DNA from: Methanomassiliicoccaceae archaeon
Lineage (GTDB): Archaea; Thermoplasmatota; Thermoplasmata; Methanomassiliicoccales; Methanomassiliicoccaceae
DNA: 64,000 bases
Reading direction: 5' to 3'
Assembly: GCA_040776945.1 (NCBI GenBank)
Contig: JAXGZN010000001.1
Coordinates: forward strand, 544,001-608,000
This document shows, piece by piece, positions 30,528 through 39,701 of the stretch (positions are counted from its first letter, which is position 1; each line of letters opens with the position of its first letter). The position numbers and the translations under genes are program-made. The notes beneath the pieces were generated by a model. It was not told the DNA's origin, did not search any database, and saw nothing but the letters and a program-made list of their open reading frames with translations.

Positions 30528-31400
30528 ATGACGGGGCTCGAGGGCGTCTACCGCGAGCGCATCACCGCCGAGCGCATCGCCGAGGAGGGACCGACAGCGG
30601 TGGACATGCACTTCCACACCAACCATTCGGACTCGCTCACCACCGTGGCCGCGACCCTGAGGCGGGCAAAGAGGCTTGGGATAGGGGTCGCCATCACCGA
30701 CCACAACGCCATCTCCGGCTCCGAGGAGGCGCTAAGGGCGGGCAGCGGCGTGCTGGTGGTCCCGGGCATCGAGGTGTCCGCCGCGGACGGCCCTCACATC
30801 CTGCTGTACTTCTACGACATCGGTAGCCTGCGCGATTATTACGAGAGGCACGTCCGGCCGTTCAAGGGCGCCAGCCCTTACCTTGCTATAGGGCTGGACA
30901 CCTCTGAGATCGTCCGCCGGTCCGCAGGATACAGCTGCGTCAGGGTGGCCGCCCATCCCTACGGCTACCTTCTGTTCAACAAGGGACTGCAGAAGTGCAT
31001 CGAAGCGAGATATCTGGAGCAGTCGATACTGGAGCGGTTCGACGCCGTGGAGGTCATGTGCGGGGGCATGACCAGGAAGCTCAACGATCGGGCCGCGGAC
31101 CTGGCCGAGCGGTTCCTCAAGGGCCGCACGGGAGGCACTGACGGGCACTTGCTGCACGACCTCGGGAACGTGGTGACGGTCGGGCCGTCTGACGACGTGG
31201 AGGGTTACCTGAGCGACGTGGTGGAGCGGCGGACCAAGGTGGTGGGCAAGGAGAAGACCAACGTGCAGAAGACGGTAATGGGCTCGGTGGTGATGACCAA
31301 GTACGTCCGGTACACGCTGCCATCGCTGAGGGTCCACTACGAGCAGAACGCTCCCCGGGCGCGGCGGTTCCTGCGGGAGCTGCGCTCCAAGAGGCGCTAG
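30528..31400 (+). CDS. PHP-domain phosphoesterase
   Basis: DMHFHTNHSD, AITDHN, PGIEVS...HILL, AAHPYG, GGTDGH. Confidence 0.88.
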   Translation: MTGLEGVYRERITAERIAEEGPTAVDMHFHTNHSDSLTTVAATLRRAKRLGIGVAITDHNAISGSEEALRAGSGVLVVPGIEVSAADGPHILLYFYDIGSLRDYYERHVRPFKGASPYLAIGLDTSEIVRRSAGYSCVRVAAHPYGYLLFNKGLQKCIEARYLEQSILERFDAVEVMCGGMTRKLNDRAADLAERFLKGRTGGTDGHLLHDLGNVVTVGPSDDVEGYLSDVVERRTKVVGKEKTNVQKTVMGSVVMTKYVRYTLPSLRVHYEQNAPRARRFLRELRSKRR

Positions 31401-32860
31401 AACACCCACGAGAACATGCGGGCGAAGGAGCACTTGGCCCTTAGCCGCAACGAGCGCGACAGGTGGTCCTGGAGCGTCCATTCCCGGCAGACGGTGAGGT
31501 CCTGGAGGAACGCCTCCTCCTGTCTCGCCGCCACCTTCTGGCAGTAGATGATGGCATTGGTCTCGAAGTTCAGGGCAAAGCTCCGGATGTCCCAGTTCGC
31601 GCTGCCGATGGAAGCGACCTCGCCGTCCACCACGATGGTCTTGGCGTGCAGGAAGCCGTCCTCGAACAGGAAGGCCCGCACCCCCGACGGCAGCAGGTCG
31701 CCTAGATAATCGAGCCCCGCCCAGTGGACTAGCGGGTGATCGGGCAGCGCGGGCATCATGACCCTCACGTCCACGCCGGACAGGGCGGCCACCCGGAGGG
31801 CGTCCATCACGCTCTCATCGGGCACGAAGTACGGCGACTGGATGAACACGCTCCGCCGCGCCGTGCCGATCATCTTCAGGTACGCCTCCTTGACCCTGCT
31901 CTCCCGGCGGTCCGGCCCTCCGGACACTATCTGCATCGCTCCATCGCCGGGGCGTCCCGCGGGAGGGAAGTGCCGAGGCTCGATCTCCAGCGGCCTCTCC
32001 GCCGTGAAGTCCCAGTCCAACAGGAACCTTGCCTGGAGGTCCAGCACCACCGGGCCCTCCACCCTGACGTGGGTGTCCCTCCACCTTCCTTTCTCCTTCC
32101 GCCCCAGGTACTCGTCCCCCACGTTGAACCCGCCCAGGTATCCAACGCGGCCGTCGATCACCACGATCTTGCGGTGGTTCCGGTGGTTGATGCGCAGGTT
32201 CAGCGAGGGCAGCCGCTCGATCACTGGCGGGAAGAAGAGCAGCACCTTAACCCCGCGCTCTCGCAGGCCGGCGACCTTCTCCGGCGGGAGGCGGGTGCCC
32301 ACGCCATCGACCAGGAGACGGACCTCCAGCCCCTCCCCGGCCTTACGGACCAGGAGGTCCAGGAACCGGTTCCCCAGCTCATCGTCCCGCAGGACATAGT
32401 ACTCGGCATGGATGTGGTCCCTCGCTTCCTCCAGGTCCTTGAACAGCAGGCGGAACTTCTTGTTCCCGTCGGTGATGAGGTCGACCCTGTTCCCGGAGGA
32501 GAGCCGGGACTGATTGGCAAGCAGCATGCGGACCAGGCTGGAGCGGCTCGCGAGGTCGGCGCCGAGGTTCGGACCAGTGCCGTCCAGGTCTGCCCGCTGC
32601 CGGAGCGCCTCCAGCCCCATGCGGTCCTCTGCCTCCTTCGCGCGGTATCGACGCCGGATACGATGAGCGGAGAGGCCAAAGAGAAGGTAGATCACGAGGC
32701 CGAAGGTGGAGAGCACGAACATTATCAGCAGCCACAGCACCGCCGCCCGAGGGTTGCGCCTCTCGATGTGAAGTATGACGATCGCTCCCAGGACATTGAC
32801 CGCTGCCATGACCATGGTGACGCTGGCCTCGAACAGTGAGATCAGGTCGGCCGTTCCCAT
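31397..32860 (-). CDS. cls: Cardiolipin synthase (PLD superfamily, ClsA-type)
   Basis: N-terminal TM pair, two HKD motifs (RNHRKIVVIDG; LHAKTIVVDG), SPYFVPD, GSANWDIRSF.LNFE. Confidence 0.93.
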   Translation of the reverse strand: MGTADLISLFEASVTMVMAAVNVLGAIVILHIERRNPRAAVLWLLIMFVLSTFGLVIYLLFGLSAHRIRRRYRAKEAEDRMGLEALRQRADLDGTGPNLGADLASRSSLVRMLLANQSRLSSGNRVDLITDGNKKFRLLFKDLEEARDHIHAEYYVLRDDELGNRFLDLLVRKAGEGLEVRLLVDGVGTRLPPEKVAGLRERGVKVLLFFPPVIERLPSLNLRINHRNHRKIVVIDGRVGYLGGFNVGDEYLGRKEKGRWRDTHVRVEGPVVLDLQARFLLDWDFTAERPLEIEPRHFPPAGRPGDGAMQIVSGGPDRRESRVKEAYLKMIGTARRSVFIQSPYFVPDESVMDALRVAALSGVDVRVMMPALPDHPLVHWAGLDYLGDLLPSGVRAFLFEDGFLHAKTIVVDGEVASIGSANWDIRSFALNFETNAIIYCQKVAARQEEAFLQDLTVCREWTLQDHLSRSLRLRAKCSFARMFSWVF

Positions 32861-32946
32861 CCGCTCCCGGCCAGGAGGGCCCGCATGGCCATTGGTTGGG
32901 AGCCCGTGGGATTTATAGTCAGCATGTTAAGGGAGCGTCCCCGGCC

Positions 32947-34032
32947 TCACAGGTCCTTGCGCAGAAGCACCGTGGGGTCCTTGAGCCCGGAGCCGGTGAT
33001 CAGCAGTGCGACCCGCTCATCGCCCCTGATCTCGATCTGCTCCAGGGCGGCCATGGAGGCGGCCGCGGCCGGCTCGGCGAATATTCCCTCGCGGCCCAGG
33101 GCGCGGATGGCCTGCAGGATCTGATGGTCCGTAACCGTGACCCCGAAGCCTCCGGAGCGGCGCATGGCCTCGATGGCCGAGAGGCCGTTGAACGGCACCC
33201 TGACCAGGATGGCCGAGGCGATGGTGGTGGCGCCTTCAGGCGGAGGGCGGACCTCGGTCCCTTCCTTCCAGGCCTCGACGATGGGCGCCACCGCCGCCGC
33301 CTGCACCGCGATCATCTGAGGGAGGCGGTCCGTCACCCCGAGGGCGCTCAGCTCGCGGAACCCCTTGAAGATCGCCGTGAGCAGGCCGCCGGTCCCTGTC
33401 GGGACCACGATCTTGTCCGGAACGCCCATCTGCTCGAACAGTTCGTAGGCGATGGTCTTAAGGCCCTCGATGAACAGCGGGTTCAGGCCGGTCGAGGCCA
33501 GGTACGCGCCCGCCTCGGCCTCTTGGCGGGCCCTCGCCACCGCAGCCGAGAAGCCGCCCTCCACCGGCACCAGCTCCGCGCCGTAGGCGGTTATCTGGGC
33601 GATCTTTTCCTCGGGAATGCCCGGGGGAATGAACACCTTGGCGGCAAGATTGGCATAGGCCGAGTAGGCCGCCACGCTCGCACCCATGTTCCCGGTGGAT
33701 GCTACCACGGCGGTCCTGTGCCCGCGGTTGTACGCGTCCGATATCACGACTGTGGTGCCACGGTCCTTGAACGAGCCGGTAGGGTTGTCGCCCTCCACCT
33801 TCAGGAACACCTCGTCGCTGCTGTCCCTTCGCCTTATCAGGGGGCTGTTGCCTTCGGAAAGGGAGATGGACATCGAGACCGGGAGCATGGACCGGTACCT
33901 CCACAGGCCAGCCCCCCTCGGCTCCCATCTCTTGGGAGCGCCCTCCAGCAGCAGGGCGGAGCCGCAACGCGCGCAGGTGTAGCGAAAATCCGGAAACTCG
34001 GAGCCGCACTTGGTGCATCGGAACATCGGCAT
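32947..34032 (-). CDS. thrC: Threonine synthase
   Basis: N-terminal CTKC..CARC, EGDNPTGSFKDRG, ASTGNMGAS, EGLKT, VPTGTGG, TGSGLKD. Confidence 0.9.
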   Translation of the reverse strand: MPMFRCTKCGSEFPDFRYTCARCGSALLLEGAPKRWEPRGAGLWRYRSMLPVSMSISLSEGNSPLIRRRDSSDEVFLKVEGDNPTGSFKDRGTTVVISDAYNRGHRTAVVASTGNMGASVAAYSAYANLAAKVFIPPGIPEEKIAQITAYGAELVPVEGGFSAAVARARQEAEAGAYLASTGLNPLFIEGLKTIAYELFEQMGVPDKIVVPTGTGGLLTAIFKGFRELSALGVTDRLPQMIAVQAAAVAPIVEAWKEGTEVRPPPEGATTIASAILVRVPFNGLSAIEAMRRSGGFGVTVTDHQILQAIRALGREGIFAEPAAAASMAALEQIEIRGDERVALLITGSGLKDPTVLLRKDL

Positions 34033-34346
34033 GACATTGGCGCAGAGGGGCAATATCCTTTGGCAGGACGGCCGGACGAGCGGATGGGGGCGTGAAAGTC
34101 CGGGGCCATGCGGACCAGATGTCATGGCATGGTGCACCCGCCGCTCCCAAGCAAGGACGCCCGTTCTCACTCCAGACCATCTAGAACGGCAGCAAAGTAA
34201 GGCGGCGGAGGGTTAGGGGAACTATAGCTTAACATTATATAATCTCGGCCCCCAAGTTTATATGGCCTCACCGCTGAAGCGGCGTGGCGATGACATCTCG
34301 GCGATCGACAGAAGGTCGCTGGTCACGAAAGAGGAGGAACCAGGAA

Positions 34347-34577
34347 ATGGAAATGAAAGGAATGGTAGGAACGTTCGTGGCTTGGCTGATCGGAACGGTG
34401 ATCGGGATCATCCTGAGCATCATCTATTTCGTGATCACCTTGTTCGTGGTCAAGGCCGCCGCGGACATAGTGTTCGCAGAGAGCTTGGGAACGGACATGG
34501 CGGTCCTTTCAGCTGCCCTTATCACCGTCGGATCGATGCTCGGCGGAGCGGGGATGCGCAAAGGGACCTTGGAGTAG
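34347..34577 (+). CDS. Small 2-TM membrane protein
   Basis: GAGGAGG upstream; hydrophobic IGIILSIIYFVITLFVVKAA and AVLSAALITVGSMLGG. Confidence 0.7.
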   Translation: MEMKGMVGTFVAWLIGTVIGIILSIIYFVITLFVVKAAADIVFAESLGTDMAVLSAALITVGSMLGGAGMRKGTLE

Positions 34578-34748
34578 GACCGGGAGTCCGATCCAAGGGC
34601 CTCGGCAAGCAGCTCCCCGGCCGTTCTGATCAGGGTCGACCGCCCATCCAGCATGGCATGGGTTCGGGAACCGGTCATGCACTGTGGAGGGCCGGGGGCT
34701 GCTAATGTACTTATGCAATGACCTTCCACGTCCGGGCGGAGGGTTTGC

Positions 34749-34928
34749 ATGAAGGTCAAATGCCCGCGTAAGGGGTGCAACTACTACGCCACGGCCGAAG
34801 CCGCCGAGGACGCCATGGTGGACCTGCAGGACCACCTCAGGGAGGTCCACGGCATCGAGGAGACGCCAGACAGGATCAGGAAAGGCATCGAGGGGGCGAT
34901 CAAGTCCGGATCGCGCTCCCGGACCTGA
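34749..34928 (+). CDS. Small C2H2-type metal-binding protein (DUF1059-like), 59 aa
   Basis: Manual translation MKVKCPRKGCNYYATAEAAEDAMVDLQDHLREVHGIEETPDRIRKGIEGAIKSGSRSRT; Cx4C...Hx4H; GGAGGG RBS. Missed by the track. Confidence 0.75.
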   Translation: MKVKCPRKGCNYYATAEAAEDAMVDLQDHLREVHGIEETPDRIRKGIEGAIKSGSRSRT

Positions 34929-35016
34929 GAGCCATGGGGGCGGCGCCGGCCTTCTCGTCCAGTATTTGCCGATGGCGTTATGAGGATCGGCTGCCGTCGC
35001 CGCCGCAGGCCTGCTC

Positions 35017-35895
35017 ATGAAGCGCATGGATGACATGACGGTGCTGGTCACTGGATCCACCGACGGAATCGGGAAGAGGACCGCCCTTGGCCTCGCCGGC
35101 CTGGGCGCCAGGGTGCTGGTGCACGGTCGGGACGAAGCGAAGGTGGTCGCAACGGTGAGCGATATCGGGAAGACCGTAGGAAGCGGCAGGCTCAAGGGTT
35201 TCGCCGCGGACCTGTCCTCTCTGGCAGAGGTGAGGCGGCTGGCATCCGCGGTGGCCATGGAGGACAGGCTGGACGTCCTGATCAACAACGCGGGAATAGG
35301 GAGCGGGAGAAGGGGGAGGGAAAGGAGGCAGGTCAGCGCCGATGGCTATGAGCTCCGATTTGCAGTGAACTACCTCGCCCCGTTCCTTCTCACCCGGCTG
35401 CTCATACCTCTGCTGAAGCGCTCGGCTCCGTCGCGGATCGTGAACGTCTCATCGCTCGGCCAAGCCCCCATCGACCTCGGGGACATCATGCTCGAGCGCA
35501 ACTACGATGGGTGGGAGGCCTATGCCCAGAGCAAGCTCGCTCTGGTCATGCTCACGTTCGACCTGGCGGAGGAGCTCAGGGACGCGGGCGTGACCGTCAA
35601 CGCTCTGCACCCGGGGAGCCTTCTCGATACCAAGCTGGTGAGGGAGGCCTTCGGGCGCGGCCGGGGGAGTGCGCAGGAGGGGGCGGACGCCGTCATCCAT
35701 CTCGCCACCTCCTCCCAGCTGGACGGCGTCACCGGACGGTTCTACGACCAATACAGGGAAGTCAGGGCGGACCCCCAGGCGTATGATCGTGGCGTGAGGG
35801 AGGCGCTGAGACGCTACAGTCTCCGGTTGACCGGTCTGAAAGGGGATTTACCCGATGCTGTTGAACAAAGGGCTGGGAGCGTCCTCCCTCGATGA
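35017..35895 (+). CDS. SDR-family NAD(P)-dependent oxidoreductase
   Basis: VTGSTDGIG, LINNAG, FAVNYLAPF, YAQSKLA, NALHPG. Confidence 0.93.
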   Translation: MKRMDDMTVLVTGSTDGIGKRTALGLAGLGARVLVHGRDEAKVVATVSDIGKTVGSGRLKGFAADLSSLAEVRRLASAVAMEDRLDVLINNAGIGSGRRGRERRQVSADGYELRFAVNYLAPFLLTRLLIPLLKRSAPSRIVNVSSLGQAPIDLGDIMLERNYDGWEAYAQSKLALVMLTFDLAEELRDAGVTVNALHPGSLLDTKLVREAFGRGRGSAQEGADAVIHLATSSQLDGVTGRFYDQYREVRADPQAYDRGVREALRRYSLRLTGLKGDLPDAVEQRAGSVLPR

Positions 35896-35978
35896 CTCCC
35901 GCCCTTAGATTGGAGAACGTTCCAGAGAAGTCACTTGCATCGAGGCAACGGTCCATATGGTCCTTCGGCCATAATGGG

Positions 35979-36056
35979 TGGCGGGCCCGGGGGGATTCGA
36001 ACCCCCGTCATCGGCTTCGAAGGCCGAAAGGATAATCCAGGCTACCCCACGAGCCC
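35979..36056 (-). tRNA. tRNA-Arg(TCG), encoded CCA
   Basis: GGGCTCG acceptor, anticodon arm TCGGC-CTTCGAA-GCCGA, T arm GGGGGTTCGAATCCCCC, 3' CGGGCCCGCCA. Confidence 0.95.
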
Positions 36057-36687
36057 TTGGCCAGGCCTGAAGGCCTCGCCGGACCCGCACCAGGGAATCC
36101 AGGGATTTAATCCTATGCAATCCATTTCCCTGTGACCGACGAAGAGGCCAAGGGCGATCCCGCAATGCATCAAATGCATCCGATATCATATGCATCCCCA
36201 TGTCCTTGCTGAACGTGCTAAAGGGATAGCTTGACCATGATGGCAGAGCACGAAGCGATGGTGCTTCTGGAGAGGATGTTGGAAGTGGTCCCACCTGGCC
36301 GCCCAAAGGCCGCCGGGCAGACCCCTGCATGGGGGGTGGAAGGTCGAGCGCGTAACTGAATGTGGCATCACATCCGGGACTTCGTCCTGGAACGCGACGA
36401 GCAAAGCTGCCAGACCTGCAGGTACGATATTCATGAGGTCCGGGTGCACCGCACGTATGGAGAGAGCATGACCGTTAGGACCGTCTACGGGACCTTATGT
36501 GGCCTGTGAGCGATGCCATAGGCAGATGCGCGCTAACAGTGCCCGCTGAACATGATGCCTTGACCCGAAGGCCGGACCGATCGACGCCTTTCCCGGGGAC
36601 CGGGCCGCCCTTGCTCGACCGATATTGTTCCGCCGATGCCTTGCGCCGTTGGCAAGGTTTTAAACTGAACGCTGAGAATCACCGGGC

Positions 36688-37734
36688 ATGAAGAGGGTCA
36701 CCATGGGCGATGGCGCCGGCGGCGAGCTGATGCACGAGCTGTTGTCGCTGCACATCATACCTTTCCTGCCTCAGTTCCCTACTGAGGTTCCGCTGCGCTC
36801 CTTCGACGATTCGGCGGTGGTCGACGACGTGGTCTTCACCACCGACGGCCACACCGTGAAGCCGTTGTTCTTCCCGGGCGGGGACATCGGCTCCCTGTCG
36901 GTGTGCGGAACGGTCAACGACATCTCGGTCATGGGCGCGACCCCCCTGGCCATGGCCCTGTCGATGATCCTTGAAGAGGGCTTATCCGTGGACGACCTGG
37001 AGCGGGTCATGAAATCGATCGGCCAGTACTCTGAGCTGGCGAACACCCCGGTGGTCACGGGGGACACCAAGGTCGTGGAGTCGGGCGCGGTCGAGGGCAT
37101 GGTGATCACGACCTCGGCCATCGGCAAGCGCAGCGCGTACATGGACCATAACCTGAAAGTGGCTCGCGAGCACCGGCCGGTGACCTCGAACTGGCTTACC
37201 GACGACAACGTCCGCGACGGCGATGCCATCATCGTCTCCGGAACGCTGGGCGACCACGGCATTGCACTTCTGTCGTTCCGCGAGGGCTATGGCTTCGAGA
37301 CCGAGGTCAAGAGCGACATCGCGCCGCTGAACCGCCTGATCGAGGACGTGCTGAAACTCGGGGGAGCGGTGAGCATGAAGGACCCCACCCGGGGAGGCTT
37401 TGCCAACGCCATCAACGAGTGGTCCTCCAAGTCCGGCGTGGGCATCGAGATCGAGGAGTCCGCGGTACCGATATCCGATCCGGTGAGGAACGCCTGCGAG
37501 CTTTTGGGGCTTGATCCGATGAGCATAGGGAACGAGGGCAAGGTGGTCATCGGTTGCGTTCCGGATATGGCCGAGGACATCCTCAAGCTGCTGCGGCGGA
37601 ACCCGCTGGGGAAGAACGCCGCCATCGTGGGCAAGGCCACCAAGAAGTACGAGCGCGTCGTCCTTCGCACCGAGGTGGGCGGCAGGCGCATCCTGGAGCC
37701 TCCGGTGGGCGATCCCGTCCCCCGCATCTGCTGA
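36688..37734 (+). CDS. hypE: Hydrogenase maturation carbamoyl dehydratase HypE
   Basis: GAGGELM, FTTDGHTVKPLFFPGGDIG.L.VCGTVND, MKDPTRGG, NEGK, C-terminal PRIC. Confidence 0.96.
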   Translation: MKRVTMGDGAGGELMHELLSLHIIPFLPQFPTEVPLRSFDDSAVVDDVVFTTDGHTVKPLFFPGGDIGSLSVCGTVNDISVMGATPLAMALSMILEEGLSVDDLERVMKSIGQYSELANTPVVTGDTKVVESGAVEGMVITTSAIGKRSAYMDHNLKVAREHRPVTSNWLTDDNVRDGDAIIVSGTLGDHGIALLSFREGYGFETEVKSDIAPLNRLIEDVLKLGGAVSMKDPTRGGFANAINEWSSKSGVGIEIEESAVPISDPVRNACELLGLDPMSIGNEGKVVIGCVPDMAEDILKLLRRNPLGKNAAIVGKATKKYERVVLRTEVGGRRILEPPVGDPVPRIC

Positions 37735-38337
37735 TCACAGCATAGATTCGATGAAGAAGCAGAGGATGAACGCCCCGACGCCCGCCACGGCCATCCGGGA
37801 CCCCTGGACCCAGGGGTTTCGCCTCCCCGCGCGGCCCATCACCGCTCCGACCACGAAAAGTATCGTTATCGCCAGGCCCAGGCTGATGTATGCTGCAAGC
37901 TGGATGTTGCTCTCTCCGATCAGCAGGAAGGGGGACAGGGTCACCGAGCCAGCGATTATGGGGGCGCAGAAGTTGACCGCCGCCACCAGAAAGATGGTGT
38001 ACCTGGAGATGCGGTGGAGGTGAGTGTCCTCGAGCGAGGTGAGCATGGCGCGCTCCATTTCCCGCATCTTGATCGATTGCTCCATGGTCTCGGCCTCCAT
38101 GACGCTTATGCCTGTCGATATGCCCAGGGCCACGCTGCTGGTCACTATGGTCACGATGACCGTTCTGAGGCTGGGCTCGCTGGAGAACGCCGAGGCGATC
38201 AATATGCCCAGGATGACGAAGGTGGAATCGAACATCGTGTTGACGAAGAAACGGCGCAGTGTGGGTCCGGTCTCCGGCTCATCCAGGACCGCCCGGATCT
38301 TCTTGCCAAGTCCATCAGCTACCAAATCAGTTACCAC
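37735..38337 (-). CDS. VIT1/CCC1-like membrane transporter
   Basis: RRFFVNTMFDS, ALGISTGISV.EAE..E, about 5 TM helices. Confidence 0.75.
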   Translation of the reverse strand: MVTDLVADGLGKKIRAVLDEPETGPTLRRFFVNTMFDSTFVILGILIASAFSSEPSLRTVIVTIVTSSVALGISTGISVMEAETMEQSIKMREMERAMLTSLEDTHLHRISRYTIFLVAAVNFCAPIIAGSVTLSPFLLIGESNIQLAAYISLGLAITILFVVGAVMGRAGRRNPWVQGSRMAVAGVGAFILCFFIESML

Positions 38338-38447
38338 CTGATCGAATGTAGTAGCCGTTTATCACCGTTTCGCAGGCCGCCATTGCGGTTCTGCCAGCAC
38401 CGTCAAGGCATATTTTTAATACCCTCTCCTCATTCTGAGCCAAGCAC

Positions 38448-38520
38448 GGGCTCATGGTCTAGCGGTCATGACGTTGCCCTTACACGGCGAAGGTCGCCGG
38501 TTCAAATCCGGCTGAGCCCA
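38448..38520 (+). tRNA. tRNA-Val(TAC); integration target
   Basis: GGGCTCA...TGAGCCCA acceptor, anticodon arm TTGCC-CTTACAC-GGCGA, T arm GCCGGTTCAAATCCGGC. Confidence 0.95.
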
Positions 38521-38522
38521 CT
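38505..38522 (+). repeat. att site (tRNA-proximal copy)
   Basis: AATCCGGCTGAGCCCACT overlapping the T arm and acceptor of tRNA-Val. Confidence 0.9.
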
Positions 38523-38577
38523 CCATCTATCTGGCTAAGGTCCGATTTGACAAGAATCGTTGTCAAAACGGGCTTTT

Positions 38578-39420
38578 CTAATCCCTCACTCTGATCAGCG
38601 GTTCGACCTTGACCGGAGAGCTCATCATGCCGTTCCTCACGCGATCGAGGTAGGACAGCGTTCTCTCCTGCGCCTTCGAGAGGTCGTCTATCGTCAGGCC
38701 GAGGTAGCGCATCGTTGTCTTCACGTCCGAGTGCCCGAAGGCCTCGGCGATGTCCACCAGGGGAACGCCGGCGTAGTGCATGAGGCGGCTGCACGTCCTC
38801 CGCAGCGTGTGGTTCCCGATCGGACGGGTTATGCCCGCCCTCCTGGCGACGGCGTGGACCATGTTGTCCACCCCTGTTCTTTCGTAACCGAGGAGCTTCC
38901 CTCCCTTGCGATAAATCAGGAAGGCCTCCGGCTCCTCGACCCTGCGGTTCTTTCTCCTGGCCTGGGCGATCATCTCCTCCCTCAGGGAGAGGTAGTGCTC
39001 GAGCTCCGCCTTCGTGTCGGGGGCCCAGGCCAGCGTTCTCCACTTGCCCCTGCCGCGCTCCTTGCCGTGAACGTCTAGGATCTGCTCCCGGACATCCTTG
39101 ACAGTGAGCCGCAGGACCTCGATCCGACGCAGGCCCAGCCGGAGCTCGAGGTGAACGACGATGCGCTCGATGCCCTGGGCGGCGTCGACCACGCGGACCG
39201 CTTCCTCTGGGGACAGCCAATCCACGCGGGTACGCCGGTCCTGTGGCCATGCGATCAGCATCTGCTCGACGATGTGGTTCCCGTAGTACTTGAGGAACTT
39301 CGACAGGATGGCTATCTGCCAGTGGGCGGAGCGCGGCTTCAGGTGTGCGTATTCCACCCGGCGCAGGTGCTCGATCTCTTCCTTCCCGATCTCGGTGGCC
39401 TCGGTAGCCTCGGAGGTCAT
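38578..39420 (-). CDS. Tyrosine recombinase/integrase
   Basis: Catalytic residues present: GLRRIEV (R), HGKER (K), HTLRR (HxxR), FGHSD (H), TMRYL (Y). ATG overlaps the upstream stop (ATGA). Confidence 0.93.
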   Translation of the reverse strand: MTSEATEATEIGKEEIEHLRRVEYAHLKPRSAHWQIAILSKFLKYYGNHIVEQMLIAWPQDRRTRVDWLSPEEAVRVVDAAQGIERIVVHLELRLGLRRIEVLRLTVKDVREQILDVHGKERGRGKWRTLAWAPDTKAELEHYLSLREEMIAQARRKNRRVEEPEAFLIYRKGGKLLGYERTGVDNMVHAVARRAGITRPIGNHTLRRTCSRLMHYAGVPLVDIAEAFGHSDVKTTMRYLGLTIDDLSKAQERTLSYLDRVRNGMMSSPVKVEPLIRVRD

Positions 39421-39701
39421 GCCATGCCCCCGGCTCGCTCGCGGTCCTGGCGCTCCAGAATCGCTTGTGCTCGGCGCTCCAGCTCATCGTCGCTCATGGC
39501 GGCGAGATCTTCCGGCTCCAGGTCCCGCGTCGGCCGGTGCTCTTCCTCTTCCAGCCATCGCAGCAACTCGGCGCTGGCCTCGGGGTACTTCTCCAGGACG
39601 ATTGGCGTAACGTCTTCCTCTTCCGCCCTCTTCCTCATGCGCTCCAGCTCGGCCTCCAGAGCGATGCAGCGGAGGCGGTATAATCGCTCCGTCAGGCTCA
39701 T
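39417..39701 (-). CDS. Hypothetical helical protein of the element
   Basis: ATGA-coupled to both neighbours; charged helical sequence. Confidence 0.7.
   Translation of the reverse strand: MSLTERLYRLRCIALEAELERMRKRAEEEDVTPIVLEKYPEASAELLRWLEEEEHRPTRDLEPEDLAAMSDDELERRAQAILERQDRERAGGMA

Noticed and set aside
36160-36200. Three ATGCATC copies upstream of tRNA-Arg
   Set aside because: Short and irregularly spaced, with no associated gene; compatible with chance.
38560-38580. Pyrrolysine read-through of the integrase TAG
   Set aside because: An in-frame TGA follows after four codons, so nothing meaningful is gained.
38480-39487. 335-aa alternative-frame ORF ending ...GVGSAGFEPATFAV, suggesting an SSV-type split integrase
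   Set aside because: The tail is just the antisense reading of tRNA-Val. The real integrase is in another frame and stops at 38578, before att.
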